Below, piece after piece: positions 9,243 to 18,725 of a DNA stretch of 64,000 bases. Position numbers and translations under genes: made by a program. The DNA lies in assembly GCA_963789055.1 (NCBI GenBank), contig CAWBJE010000001.1, forward strand, positions 10,495-74,494, written 5' to 3'. The notes below the pieces were generated by a model. That model ran no database searches, was not told the origin of the DNA, and saw only the letters and a list, made by a program, of their open reading frames with translations. Within the stretch, counting starts at the first letter, position 1. Every line of letters begins with the position of its first letter. The stretch comes from an uncultured Verrucomicrobiae bacterium. Its GTDB lineage: Bacteria; Verrucomicrobiota; Verrucomicrobiia; Limisphaerales; UBA11358.

Positions 9243-11807
9243 ATGATGAAATTTGCGGCGCTTGCCATCAGTCTGGTAGTTCTGTTTTCACTCCAGGCCA
9301 TTGGCGGATTGTCAGTCACCAATTCCGCCCGCTCGGCGGATTTCGTTCTCTTCGACGGCAAAAACGCCGCGTCCATCCTCGTGGAAACCAATGCCGACCG
9401 CGCCGTCGTCCGCGCTGCGGAAGACCTCGCCGCCGATGTTGAGCGGGTCACGGGCACAAAACCAAAGTTGTCACAACAGGCTGAGGACAAATTGAATCCC
9501 GTCATCATCGGCACGCTCGGCCAAAGCAAAATCATCGACCGGCTGGCCGCGGACGGAAAACTGGACGTGACCGGCGTGCGCGGCGAATGGGAAAGTTACG
9601 TCCTGCAAATCGTCAGAAAGCCCCTGCCGGGAGTGAAACAGGCGCTGGTCATTGTCGGCAGCGACCGGCGCGGGACAATTTACGGCATCTACCAATTGTC
9701 GGAAACCATCGGCGTATCGCCGTGGTATTGGTGGGCGGATGTGCCGGTGAAAAAGAGCAATTTTGTCGCGTTGCGCGGCGACATTTTCAAGCAAGGCCCG
9801 CCGGCGGTGAAATATCGCGGCATTTTCCTGAACGATGAGGACTGGGGCCTGCGGCCGTGGGCGTCGAAGACCTTCGATCCGGAAACGGGCAACATCGGCC
9901 CGAAGACCTACGCCAAAGTTTTCGAGCTGCTGCTCCGGTTGCGCGCAAACTGTCTCTGGCCGGCCATGCATCACGGCACTCGCGCGTTCAATTTTTATCC
10001 CACCAACAAGGAAATTGCCGACGCCTACGGCATCGTCATGGGCTCGTCCCATTGCGAGCAGATGCTGCGCGACAACGTGGACGAATGGGAACGCGACGGC
10101 ACCGGCGAATACAACTACGTCGTCAACCGCGCCGGCGTGCTCAAATACTGGGAACAGCGCGTCCGCGAGAACGGCAAATTTGAAAACCTCTACACGGTGG
10201 GCATGCGCGGCATTCACGATTCCGGGATGCCCGGCGGCGGCACGCCCGCGGAACAGGCCGAACGGCTGCACCGAATCATCGCCGACCAGCGCGACCTGCT
10301 GCGCCGCTGGGTCAATACCAACGTTGCCGTTGTTCCGCAGATTTTCTGTCCTTACAAGGAGGTGCTCGCACTATACCGGCTGGCGCCGGACCTGCCGGAC
10401 GACATCACGCTGGTCTGGCCGGATGACAATTTCGGCTACGTCCGCCAGTTTTCGGACGCGCGCGAGCGCCGGCGCGGCGGCGGGGCGGGAGTTTATTACC
10501 ACGTTTCGTATTACGGCGCGCCGCGCGATTATCTCTGGCTTTGCTCGACGCCGCCCGCGCTCATCGCCGAAGAAATGACCAAGGCGTTTGATTGCGGCGC
10601 CAACCGGCTCTGGATGCTGAACGTGGGCGACTTGAAACCGGCGGAACTGGACATGGAATTTTTCCTCCGACTGGCCTGGAACCCGCAATCGTGGAACGGA
10701 ACGAACACGTACGATTTGCTGGCGCAACAACTGGCACGCGATTTCGGCCCGGCTGATGCGCCCGAACTCACCACGATCCTGGCCGAATATTACCGCCTGA
10801 ATTTCCAGCGCAAGCCGGAACACGCGGGTTTTCCCGCGAACAATTTGTTTTCCGCCGCCGAAGCCGCACAACGGCTGGACGCGTGGCGGAAATTGTCCGC
10901 GCGCACGGGCGCCGTGGAAAAGCAACTGCCGCCGGAATGGCACGACGCGTTTTTTGAGCTGGTCGGGTATCCGGTCAAGGCGGCGGCGGCGATGAATGAA
11001 AAATGCCTTGCCGGGTCGGCCGCCGCCGAAGATGAAATTCACCGGCTCACGGACATTTACAACAACCAGATTGCCGGCGGCAAATGGCGTTACATGATGT
11101 CGTCCAACCCGCGCGGCCAGGTGGATTTGGGAATTTCCAAAATCCCCGAAAGTTCTTCGGTGGATCGTAGCGGCGGTCGGAAGACCGCCGAATCTGTGGG
11201 TTCAAACGTCTCGTCCGGCTCTCTCCCGAGAGCCGCTGCGCCGGATCTCGCCGGCGCGGATTTTGTCGAGGCCAATCATCGGGTGGTCATGGAAGCCGCA
11301 CACGCGTCGGCATTCATCCCCGGCCGGGACGCGCACTGGCGGAAAATCACCGGGCTGGGCTACAACGGCGAGGCTGTCTCAGTCTTTCCGACGCTCGTAC
11401 CGACTCTTGACACACCGGAAAGAATCCTGAGCGAATCGCCGTACCTGCAATACACCGTCTGGCTCCGGAACCCCGGCGATTGGAAGGCGGTCGTCCGGGC
11501 GCTGCCCACATTTTCGATCGAGGCGGGCAAACCACAGCGGTACGCGATTGCCATGGACGATGAGCCGCCACAAATTGTTTCCCTGCCGGCATCGCTGAGC
11601 GAGGCCGACCGCGTTTGGCAGGAAGATGTCCTGCGCAATGCGGCGCTGACAGCGAGCGTCCACGCCATTGCCAAACCCGGCATGCACACGCTGAAACTCT
11701 GGATGGTGGACCCGGGCATCGTGCTGGACACGATTGAACTGGAAAGCGCCGGCGCGCCGGATTTGGGGTACACCTGGCTGCCGGAAGCCGGAAATCCGGG
11801 CAGATAA
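9243..11807 (+). CDS. Glycoside hydrolase family 115 (alpha-glucuronidase-like), secreted
   Basis: GSDRRGTIYG, GVSPWYWWADVP, VKYRGIFLNDEDWGL, LWPAMH, GSSHCE, GMRGIHD, WPDDNFGY, NVGDLKPAE; signal peptide from MMKFAAL. Confidence 0.93.
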   Translation: MMKFAALAISLVVLFSLQAIGGLSVTNSARSADFVLFDGKNAASILVETNADRAVVRAAEDLAADVERVTGTKPKLSQQAEDKLNPVIIGTLGQSKIIDRLAADGKLDVTGVRGEWESYVLQIVRKPLPGVKQALVIVGSDRRGTIYGIYQLSETIGVSPWYWWADVPVKKSNFVALRGDIFKQGPPAVKYRGIFLNDEDWGLRPWASKTFDPETGNIGPKTYAKVFELLLRLRANCLWPAMHHGTRAFNFYPTNKEIADAYGIVMGSSHCEQMLRDNVDEWERDGTGEYNYVVNRAGVLKYWEQRVRENGKFENLYTVGMRGIHDSGMPGGGTPAEQAERLHRIIADQRDLLRRWVNTNVAVVPQIFCPYKEVLALYRLAPDLPDDITLVWPDDNFGYVRQFSDARERRRGGGAGVYYHVSYYGAPRDYLWLCSTPPALIAEEMTKAFDCGANRLWMLNVGDLKPAELDMEFFLRLAWNPQSWNGTNTYDLLAQQLARDFGPADAPELTTILAEYYRLNFQRKPEHAGFPANNLFSAAEAAQRLDAWRKLSARTGAVEKQLPPEWHDAFFELVGYPVKAAAAMNEKCLAGSAAAEDEIHRLTDIYNNQIAGGKWRYMMSSNPRGQVDLGISKIPESSSVDRSGGRKTAESVGSNVSSGSLPRAAAPDLAGADFVEANHRVVMEAAHASAFIPGRDAHWRKITGLGYNGEAVSVFPTLVPTLDTPERILSESPYLQYTVWLRNPGDWKAVVRALPTFSIEAGKPQRYAIAMDDEPPQIVSLPASLSEADRVWQEDVLRNAALTASVHAIAKPGMHTLKLWMVDPGIVLDTIELESAGAPDLGYTWLPEAGNPGR
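11167..11239. repeat. REP-like palindrome inserted in frame in the GH115 linker
   Basis: Close copy of intergenic 1631-1704 including flanks (ATC-GTAGCGGCGGTCGG...GCCGCTRC-GCCGG); translates RSGGRKTAESVGSNVSSGSLPRAAA. Confidence 0.85.
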
Positions 11808-11857
11808 AACAACTGTAGCGGCGGTCTATGACCGTCTCCGGAGCTTTTTAGAAACGT

Positions 11858-11930
11858 GTAGCCGCCAACGTCAGTCGGCGCAAATCAATTAAGGAAGAAC
11901 GTTATGGCGCGAACTGACGTTCGCGGCTAC
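11858..11930. repeat. GTAG-type palindromic repeat between convergent genes
   Basis: GTAGCCGCCAACGTCAGT...ACTGACGTTCGCGGCTAC; a half copy lies at ~11816. Confidence 0.8.
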
Positions 11931-11934
11931 AAGA

Positions 11935-12663
11935 TTACTTCCCCGATACGCGTTGCAGCGCCTCGGGTTTCAGCGCAGCGGGAGTGAAGCGCAATTCCTT
12001 GATGCAGCCCTTGAACCACGATGTCCGGTCATAGCGCACGCCGATGAACGCATTCCCGTTCGTCATGGGGCGAATGGCGACCGTGCCGTGCAAATCCTGC
12101 GTGCCGTTGACATAGTGCGACATCGTTTTACCGTCGTACACCAGCGCTGCCCAGGTCCATTGACCGGCCGGAAGCAACCGGTTGGTGTCGCACAGCGAAA
12201 GAGCATTTGTCACGCCCGCGCGACAAGTCATCAGGTGGGTGTCCAGGCACCACGACTGGCCATCGGCGCTGTGGTTTTCCATCGCCAACCGACCGTTGTG
12301 GTCATCGATAATGTACAAAAAACGCTGCGCATCCGGGCCGTTGGTTTCCGGCAGGACCAACACTTCGACGGTGAACGTTTTCCGGTCCGCGAGTGGATTG
12401 ACCGGAACAACGAGGGCGTCGTTCTGGCCGTTGAACCGGACCGCCGGACCGCCTGCCGCCGCGCTGACAACTTTCGGCGCGCCGAGCACTTCGGTTTTCA
12501 GCCCGCCAATCGAATTAACATTGTCCAGCGTCCACACGACCGGTGTCGGCGTTTTGGCCGCGGCCTTTTCCTCCGCCGCCAATCCGGCACGAGCGCTGAT
12601 AAAAATTCCAGCCCCGAGCAACAGGCACAACCAACGCCACGTTTGAATTCGCACTGATTTCAT
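11935..12663 (-). CDS. Secreted LamG-domain protein
   Basis: Signal peptide, WTWAALVYDGKTMSHYVNG, FKGCIKELRF. Confidence 0.8.
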   Translation of the reverse strand: MKSVRIQTWRWLCLLLGAGIFISARAGLAAEEKAAAKTPTPVVWTLDNVNSIGGLKTEVLGAPKVVSAAAGGPAVRFNGQNDALVVPVNPLADRKTFTVEVLVLPETNGPDAQRFLYIIDDHNGRLAMENHSADGQSWCLDTHLMTCRAGVTNALSLCDTNRLLPAGQWTWAALVYDGKTMSHYVNGTQDLHGTVAIRPMTNGNAFIGVRYDRTSWFKGCIKELRFTPAALKPEALQRVSGK

Positions 12664-13379
12664 GATGGTTTCGACGCCTGGCTTGTTTCACTCCGACACA
12701 CCGCCACGGCGGCGGCAAACCGGTCTTGAAAAGGGACAGACCACACACTCACACCATCGCCGCAGTCAATCGTTCCCCATGCGGCCGGGCCGACGGCAAA
12801 GGATAAAATGCGCGGTGTCAGCCCCACGCCCAGGGCCTTGCCCGCGGCTTCCTTGCGGGTCCAGATTTCCGCGCAGACCATTCCGCGCCTGGCCGGCGGC
12901 TGGTGGTGAACGTGTTCCATTTCCTCCGGAGTGAAAAAACGCCCGGCAATGGCTGTCCCCGCCTCGTCCGACAACACTTCCTGGACGTCAACGCCAATTT
13001 CCCCTTCGCCGGTCACCGCGAGCAAGACAAAACGATTGGAGTGGGAGAGGTTGAATTGCAAACCGGGGCGATTCGCCCTGGCCACAAGACGTGGTTTGTT
13101 GTGCCCGCTGGTGGTCAATAGCACGGCCTGCGGATCCAGATTTAAGTAAGCGCCGAGTACCGACCGGACCCAGATTCGGGCAGCCAGATAACGCCGTCGG
13201 GGTTCTTCAAAAATAAAACGGCGCGCCCGTTCCTGCTCGGAAGACGAAAGGGTGCGGAACCAAATCCCGTCATCGGCTGATGACTCATCGAGGTCGGTTC
13301 GCCAGAGGTGAATTTCATCAGTGACCGGCGGGGCAACGTGTCCGCCGGCAAGCTTCGGCCATTTGATGGTTGGCATCAT
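12660..13379 (-). CDS. Sfp-type 4'-phosphopantetheinyl transferase
   Basis: QFNLSHS, IGVDVQ, WTRKEAAGKALGVGL. Confidence 0.92.
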   Translation of the reverse strand: MMPTIKWPKLAGGHVAPPVTDEIHLWRTDLDESSADDGIWFRTLSSSEQERARRFIFEEPRRRYLAARIWVRSVLGAYLNLDPQAVLLTTSGHNKPRLVARANRPGLQFNLSHSNRFVLLAVTGEGEIGVDVQEVLSDEAGTAIAGRFFTPEEMEHVHHQPPARRGMVCAEIWTRKEAAGKALGVGLTPRILSFAVGPAAWGTIDCGDGVSVWSVPFQDRFAAAVAVCRSETSQASKPS

Positions 13380-15913
13380 GGCTGGATTTGCGCCTCGGCG
13401 AATTCGAGGGCCTGTTGGAGTTTTCCGGCCAGCTCATCCACCGCCGGATGCATAAACAACCCGCGCCGGATGCCGGGAATGGTGATAACGCGCGATGCTT
13501 TCGCATACGGCCGCATCAGCAGGCGGGGGTCTTCGTGCGGAAACTTCGTGTCGGCGGTGACGAACAGGGTCATTTCACCGGGGTAAAAGGCCGGGGTGTA
13601 CAGGCGATTCGCCCGGCCGTTCATGTGCGCCACGAAACGCCGGTAGGATTGTTGCCAGCGGTCATTGCGCGCCAGACCAAAGCCGCGGATGAGCGACCAG
13701 CGCAGCATCCGGAACGCGTCGCGCACCGGATCGCGAAGCGGGCCGTACCAGCGTTCGGTCCATTTGGGATGCTGCCGGGTTTTAAGCGGATAACGCACAT
13801 CCATCAAGGCGAGCAACGCCACTTGTTTTCCGTCCCGGATGAGCCTTTGCGCCATCTCAAAGGCAACCAATCCTCCCATGCAAGTGGCGCCGAACAGGTA
13901 CGGGCCAGTGGGATCCACGGTGATAATCTCCCGAAGATAACGCCGTGCCATCTCGGGCACGGTCATCAGCGGCCAGGCCTCCCCTTGCAACCCGACGGAT
14001 TGCAGGCCATAAACCGGCCGTTCCGGCAACCGGCGGGCCAGCAGGCCGTACGTGGCCACGTCGCCCTGTCCACTGTGAATCAGAAACAAGGGGCGCCCCG
14101 AATTCGCCGCCCGCAGCGATACGAGTGGACTCGGTGACGGGATGACCACGTGTCCCGTGATCAACGCCGCCAACTGTTCGATGGTCCCGTGCTCGGTCAG
14201 GGTCGAGGGCGGCAAAGATGCGCCCAAGGAGTCCTCAATCCCGGCCAGTACCTGAGCGGATTGGATTGAATCGCCGCCGAGGTCGAAAAAATTGTCGCTC
14301 CGGCCAATCGGCGAAATCCCCAGCACCGATTCCCAAATCCGTTCCAGGCTGGCCTCCACGATATCACGCGGCCTTTTACGGCGGCGGGGCCGCGATTTAT
14401 TTTCGTCGGGCGCGGGCAACGCCTGGCGGTCAATTTTGCCGTTCGGGGAAAGCGGCAACTGTTCGAGAAAAACAAAAGTGGCCGGAACCATGTAACCAGG
14501 CAGCACCAGGCGCAACGCGCGGCGCAACCCTTCCGCCGTGCCGTCCTGCCCCGACCGCCGCACCACGTAAGCGACCAGTTGGAGCCCGTTCTCCAATCCC
14601 GGACGGGCGCAGACCGCCGCCTCTTTTACTTCGGGCAGGCCTTGCAGGGCGGCTTCGACTTCCGAGAGCTCGATTCGATAGCCCCGGATTTTTACCTGTG
14701 CATCCCTGCGGTCCAGGAACATCAGCTCCCCGCCCGCCGTGCGCCGCGCAAGGTCGCCGGTGCGATATACCCGGAAACCATCCGCTCCGGCGCCGGAAAA
14801 CCGCTCGGCGGTCAACCACTCATTGCGCCAATAGCCCGGCGAAAGAAAACGACTCCGCACGGCAATTTCACCAACCCCGCCGCTGGCCACCTCCCGGCCC
14901 TGCTCGTCCAGCAACAGAATCTGCATCCCTTCCACGGCGCGCCCCGCCGGCAAACGTCCTTCAGCAAAACGGTCCTCCCGGCTGAAGCGGCGCCGGGCGA
15001 TATTGCCGGTCTCGGTTGACGACAGCGTGTTCAACAGGACACAGTCGTCCGGAAAATGTTTCTGCCAGGCGATAAAATCAGCAGAGCTGGCGGGCTCGGA
15101 GGCAAACCGCACCGCTCGCACGGTTGGAAAGCGGTCGCCGTTTTCGAGCGTCTGGATGAAATGGCGGAACACCGATACCGATGAAACATAAACCGTAATC
15201 TGCTTCTGCTTCAGCCAGCAGGCCAGACCGGTAACGCCCCGTTCCACGGCGGGAAACGGACACAGCGCCGCCCCATTGAGCAACGTGCACCAAACGGTCA
15301 CCATCCCCTGGCCGCCACCCGGCGAAGCGAGCAACGCGATGCGATCTTCCGCCTGCAACTGCAGGCCGCGGGTGTGGCGAAGCGCGTTGTGCAGTATGTT
15401 GCGATGCGGCTGCATGACGCCCTTGGGCCGGCCGGTCGTGCCGGAGGTATAAAGAAGAAAAGCCAGGCTGCCCGGTTCAATCCGGACCCCGGGTTTGTGT
15501 GCCGGGCCGCTGGAATGTTCCTTGAAGCGGATCACCCGATGGGATGATTCCGCAATTTGTCCGGCCAGCTTGCGGTTCGACTCGTCCGTCAAGATGACTG
15601 CCGGCTCCGCGTCTTCCAGAATCACCTTCAGCCGGGCGGGCGGGTCTGTGGGATTCAGTATCACCGCCGCCCGGCCTGCCTTGAGCACCGCCAGCATGGC
15701 CGCGATGAGCGGAGCATCGTGTTGCATCAGCAACGCGACGCGATCGCCCGCCGTTCCACCGCCGGAAATCAACACGTTGGCCAGCCGGTTGGTGGCGGTG
15801 TCAAGCTCCGCGTAGGTAGGCTGCCATTCACCTGCGCCGATAGCCGTGCGCGCGGAATGTGCGGCCACCACCTGTTCAAAGCGTTCGGGGATGGATTGCT
15901 CCACGTTGCCCAA
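13376..15913 (-). CDS. Single-module NRPS-like enzyme (A-T-TE)
   Basis: A3 YTSGTTGRPKG, YRTGDL, QVKIRGYRIEL, PNGKIDR; carrier FFDLGGDSI; TE-like GATCMGG. The 5' end may be joined to the upstream ORF through a homopolymer frameshift at 15940-15944. Confidence 0.9.
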   Translation of the reverse strand: MGNVEQSIPERFEQVVAAHSARTAIGAGEWQPTYAELDTATNRLANVLISGGGTAGDRVALLMQHDAPLIAAMLAVLKAGRAAVILNPTDPPARLKVILEDAEPAVILTDESNRKLAGQIAESSHRVIRFKEHSSGPAHKPGVRIEPGSLAFLLYTSGTTGRPKGVMQPHRNILHNALRHTRGLQLQAEDRIALLASPGGGQGMVTVWCTLLNGAALCPFPAVERGVTGLACWLKQKQITVYVSSVSVFRHFIQTLENGDRFPTVRAVRFASEPASSADFIAWQKHFPDDCVLLNTLSSTETGNIARRRFSREDRFAEGRLPAGRAVEGMQILLLDEQGREVASGGVGEIAVRSRFLSPGYWRNEWLTAERFSGAGADGFRVYRTGDLARRTAGGELMFLDRRDAQVKIRGYRIELSEVEAALQGLPEVKEAAVCARPGLENGLQLVAYVVRRSGQDGTAEGLRRALRLVLPGYMVPATFVFLEQLPLSPNGKIDRQALPAPDENKSRPRRRKRPRDIVEASLERIWESVLGISPIGRSDNFFDLGGDSIQSAQVLAGIEDSLGASLPPSTLTEHGTIEQLAALITGHVVIPSPSPLVSLRAANSGRPLFLIHSGQGDVATYGLLARRLPERPVYGLQSVGLQGEAWPLMTVPEMARRYLREIITVDPTGPYLFGATCMGGLVAFEMAQRLIRDGKQVALLALMDVRYPLKTRQHPKWTERWYGPLRDPVRDAFRMLRWSLIRGFGLARNDRWQQSYRRFVAHMNGRANRLYTPAFYPGEMTLFVTADTKFPHEDPRLLMRPYAKASRVITIPGIRRGLFMHPAVDELAGKLQQALEFAEAQIQP

Positions 15914-15920
15914 ATCGTCG

Positions 15921-16754
15921 TCAAAGGCATTCCCGCTGGTTTTTGCTCACCATCGTGTGCCCCCCTCTTCCAGGCAACGAGGGAGACGACCGGGCGGCAG
16001 AGAGGCCTTCATTCCGGTGGCCGCGCTCACCAAGCCTGTGTCGCCGGGCGAGGGCGACGAACAGTTTTAGATCGGGAGGAATATTGGCATCCGGCGGGGC
16101 TTCCGCCAGAAGCTGGTCAAGCCCTACGAATTCAAACAGAACCCGCGTCGTATCGAGCGGCTCAACCGGGCCGGTGAAGCGGACGCGGCTGACGGCAAAA
16201 CCATCCGCTGCCGTTGTTTCGTAGTGGACCTCCTTAAATGCCGCCTGCCGGAAAAATTCCCGGATCGGGAAGACCCGCTTTTGGCCTTCGTATAAAACCA
16301 GGTGCCGATTCCAAATCACCCAGCCCCCGGTGCGACAAAACATCGGCAGGCTCCGGACAAAACCCGGAACGTTTTCGTGACGCAAGTGACCGATAAGGCC
16401 GGAAAGAATTACGAGGTCGGCGGGAACGGCGCCGGCATAATTACCGGCCAGCGTTGCGTCGGCGTGGATGAAATGTAATTGTCCGCCCAGTCCAGCCGCT
16501 TCCGCCGCCGCCACGCCGCGATGGATGGAATCTTGATCGCTGTCGAGCAGCGACGCGGTGACATCGTTCCGGCGCGGATGATTATGCAACGCCCCAATCA
16601 CGTCCCGACCATCGCCGGCACAAATGCTGACAATCCGGATTGGCCCGGCGGGACAATCGTCAAGCGTCGCAGCAATTTGCTCGCAAACAATCCGCAGTCG
16701 CGCCCGCAGACCCGGAAAACTGTCGTATTGCTTGTACCAATCGTTCCAATCCAT
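15921..16754 (-). CDS. Class I SAM-dependent methyltransferase-like protein
   Basis: IVSICAGDGRD motif I, FIHADAT, ADLVILSG. Confidence 0.75.
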   Translation of the reverse strand: MDWNDWYKQYDSFPGLRARLRIVCEQIAATLDDCPAGPIRIVSICAGDGRDVIGALHNHPRRNDVTASLLDSDQDSIHRGVAAAEAAGLGGQLHFIHADATLAGNYAGAVPADLVILSGLIGHLRHENVPGFVRSLPMFCRTGGWVIWNRHLVLYEGQKRVFPIREFFRQAAFKEVHYETTAADGFAVSRVRFTGPVEPLDTTRVLFEFVGLDQLLAEAPPDANIPPDLKLFVALARRHRLGERGHRNEGLSAARSSPSLPGRGGHTMVSKNQRECL

Positions 16755-16766
16755 GTGATTTTTTTG

Positions 16767-18725
16767 TCAAACCGGCAATTTTTGCGCGCCGTAAACCGCC
16801 TGCCACCGCGTGTAGAACTGCCGGTCGCCTTCTCCGTGCTCCGGCGGGCCGATTCCTGACGCCTTCCAGCCGCCAAACGGCAGTTCAACTTCCACGCCGG
16901 CGGTTGACGAGTTGAGCTTAAGTATTCCCGCCCCGGCTTCGGCGAGGAATTTTTCCCGGAGCGCGGGTGAATTGCTGAACAGCGCGGCCGCCAACCCGTG
17001 ACGCACACCATTGCACAGGTTCAAGGCGTGGTCGAAATCGCCGGCACGTTGTACCACGAGCAATGGGCTCATCGTCTCTTCCTGAATCAGCGGGTGTTCC
17101 GGGCGGTCGCAGCCGACCATCGCCGGTTGCGCATAAGCGCCGGTTCGTACCCAGGGTTCCCGGGCGCGCCGGGCAAAGAGAAGTTCAACCCGATGCGCCG
17201 CGCCCGAATTTTGAGCGGCGCGAATCAACACGGTGTGTTCATCGCGTTTGCCCGCGTGAATCACCGGGCCGATGTCCGTTGATTTTTTCAACGGGTCGCC
17301 CCAGACCAGCTTTTCCGCGGCGATTTTCAGTTCGCGCCAGAGCGGTTCGAACCGGACTTTGCTCACAATCACGCGGCGATTGGCCGTGCAGCGCTGACCG
17401 GCAAAACCAAAGGCACCCCACGCCACCTGCGCGGCGGCGTGCGGCAGGTCGGCGTCGTCCCAGACGATGGCGGCGTTATTGCCGCCCAACTCGGCTTGCA
17501 GCGGCACAAAGCGGCGCGCACAAATTTCCTGGATCGCATACCCGGCGGCGGCCGAGCCGGTAAGGGTGACGGCATGGACGTCGCTGTTCGCGGCAAGTTG
17601 CTGCGCCGTGGTGTGGTCGCCGGCCAAAAGCTGAACCACGCCGGCGGGGATTCCGGCCTTGCGAAACAGCCGGAGAACGGCCTGCGCGAGGCGGGTGGCG
17701 GCGGGCGCCGGTTTCCAGACAACCGTGTTACCGTAAACCAGGGCCGGGGCAATCTTCCCGACGGGAATTGCCACCGGGTTGTTCCACGGGGAGATGACGG
17801 CGACGACCCCGAGCGATTGATGCCGCACCATTCCGGCGGTTTCAAGCGTTTGCCGTTCAAAATCCGCGGCGCGGCGAACCACGTCCCGGATATTTCCCGC
17901 CGCGCGGCGGACTTCTTCCAGTCCGTGCGTCAACGGCTTGCCGATTTCAACGGCCATTTGCCGGGCCAAAACCGGCGCGGCGGACTCCAGTTGTTCCGCG
18001 ACTTTTCCGAGCCATGATTGGCATGACGATGGCGGGCGTTGCCGCCAGTTTACCCACGCGTTTTTTGCCGTCGTCGTCGCCGCCGCAATCGCATCCGCAC
18101 CGGCAATCGGCACTTCGAATAATTTTCCCCCCGTTGCCTGCGGTGAATGATGGACAAGGGTTGACCGCGGCTTGCCGTCCAACCGCGATAGCACGGCGTT
18201 CACCGGTTCAAACTGAACGCAACGTTCCGCCAGCCAGCGGCGGACCGCAGTGGCGTGGACCGGGTCGTTGCTGCCGGCGGCGTCTTCGGCGATGACAATC
18301 TCCAGGCGGCGCTCGAGACTTCCGGCGGCGACCGCGCGGACGCAAGTGTGAAGATGAACGCCCGCGACAATTACCGTGTCGCAATTCAGCCGTTGCAGGG
18401 TGTCATCGAGTTTTGGATTGCCAAAAGCGTCGAAACCGGTTTTATGAATGATGGCTTCACCTTTCCGCGGCTGTAGCACGGCCGGCGGCTGGTGGCCCTT
18501 CGTGCCGGCAACGCAAAGCCATTTATCCGACCGCCGCCAGTGGAGCATCCGTTGGTCCTTGTCGCGCCGGAGGGTGGTCCAAATGTGAATGACGGGAACG
18601 CGTCGAGCGCGGCAGCCCGCGAGTAATTGCGCCGTCAGGCCGACCAGACTGTCTGGCGGTGGAAGAAGTCCGGGTGTTGTCAGGAAATCGGCCTGAAGAT
18701 CAATGAGCAACAACGCAGGTTTCAT
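16767..18725 (-). CDS. Isochorismatase-like cysteine hydrolase fused to aldehyde dehydrogenase
   Basis: N-terminal LLLIDLQ, HKTGFDAF, GVHLHTCV (D-K-C triad); C-terminal ISPWNNP, LTGS, ELGGN, GQRCTA, PFGGWKASG. Confidence 0.88.
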   Translation of the reverse strand: MKPALLLIDLQADFLTTPGLLPPPDSLVGLTAQLLAGCRARRVPVIHIWTTLRRDKDQRMLHWRRSDKWLCVAGTKGHQPPAVLQPRKGEAIIHKTGFDAFGNPKLDDTLQRLNCDTVIVAGVHLHTCVRAVAAGSLERRLEIVIAEDAAGSNDPVHATAVRRWLAERCVQFEPVNAVLSRLDGKPRSTLVHHSPQATGGKLFEVPIAGADAIAAATTTAKNAWVNWRQRPPSSCQSWLGKVAEQLESAAPVLARQMAVEIGKPLTHGLEEVRRAAGNIRDVVRRAADFERQTLETAGMVRHQSLGVVAVISPWNNPVAIPVGKIAPALVYGNTVVWKPAPAATRLAQAVLRLFRKAGIPAGVVQLLAGDHTTAQQLAANSDVHAVTLTGSAAAGYAIQEICARRFVPLQAELGGNNAAIVWDDADLPHAAAQVAWGAFGFAGQRCTANRRVIVSKVRFEPLWRELKIAAEKLVWGDPLKKSTDIGPVIHAGKRDEHTVLIRAAQNSGAAHRVELLFARRAREPWVRTGAYAQPAMVGCDRPEHPLIQEETMSPLLVVQRAGDFDHALNLCNGVRHGLAAALFSNSPALREKFLAEAGAGILKLNSSTAGVEVELPFGGWKASGIGPPEHGEGDRQFYTRWQAVYGAQKLPV

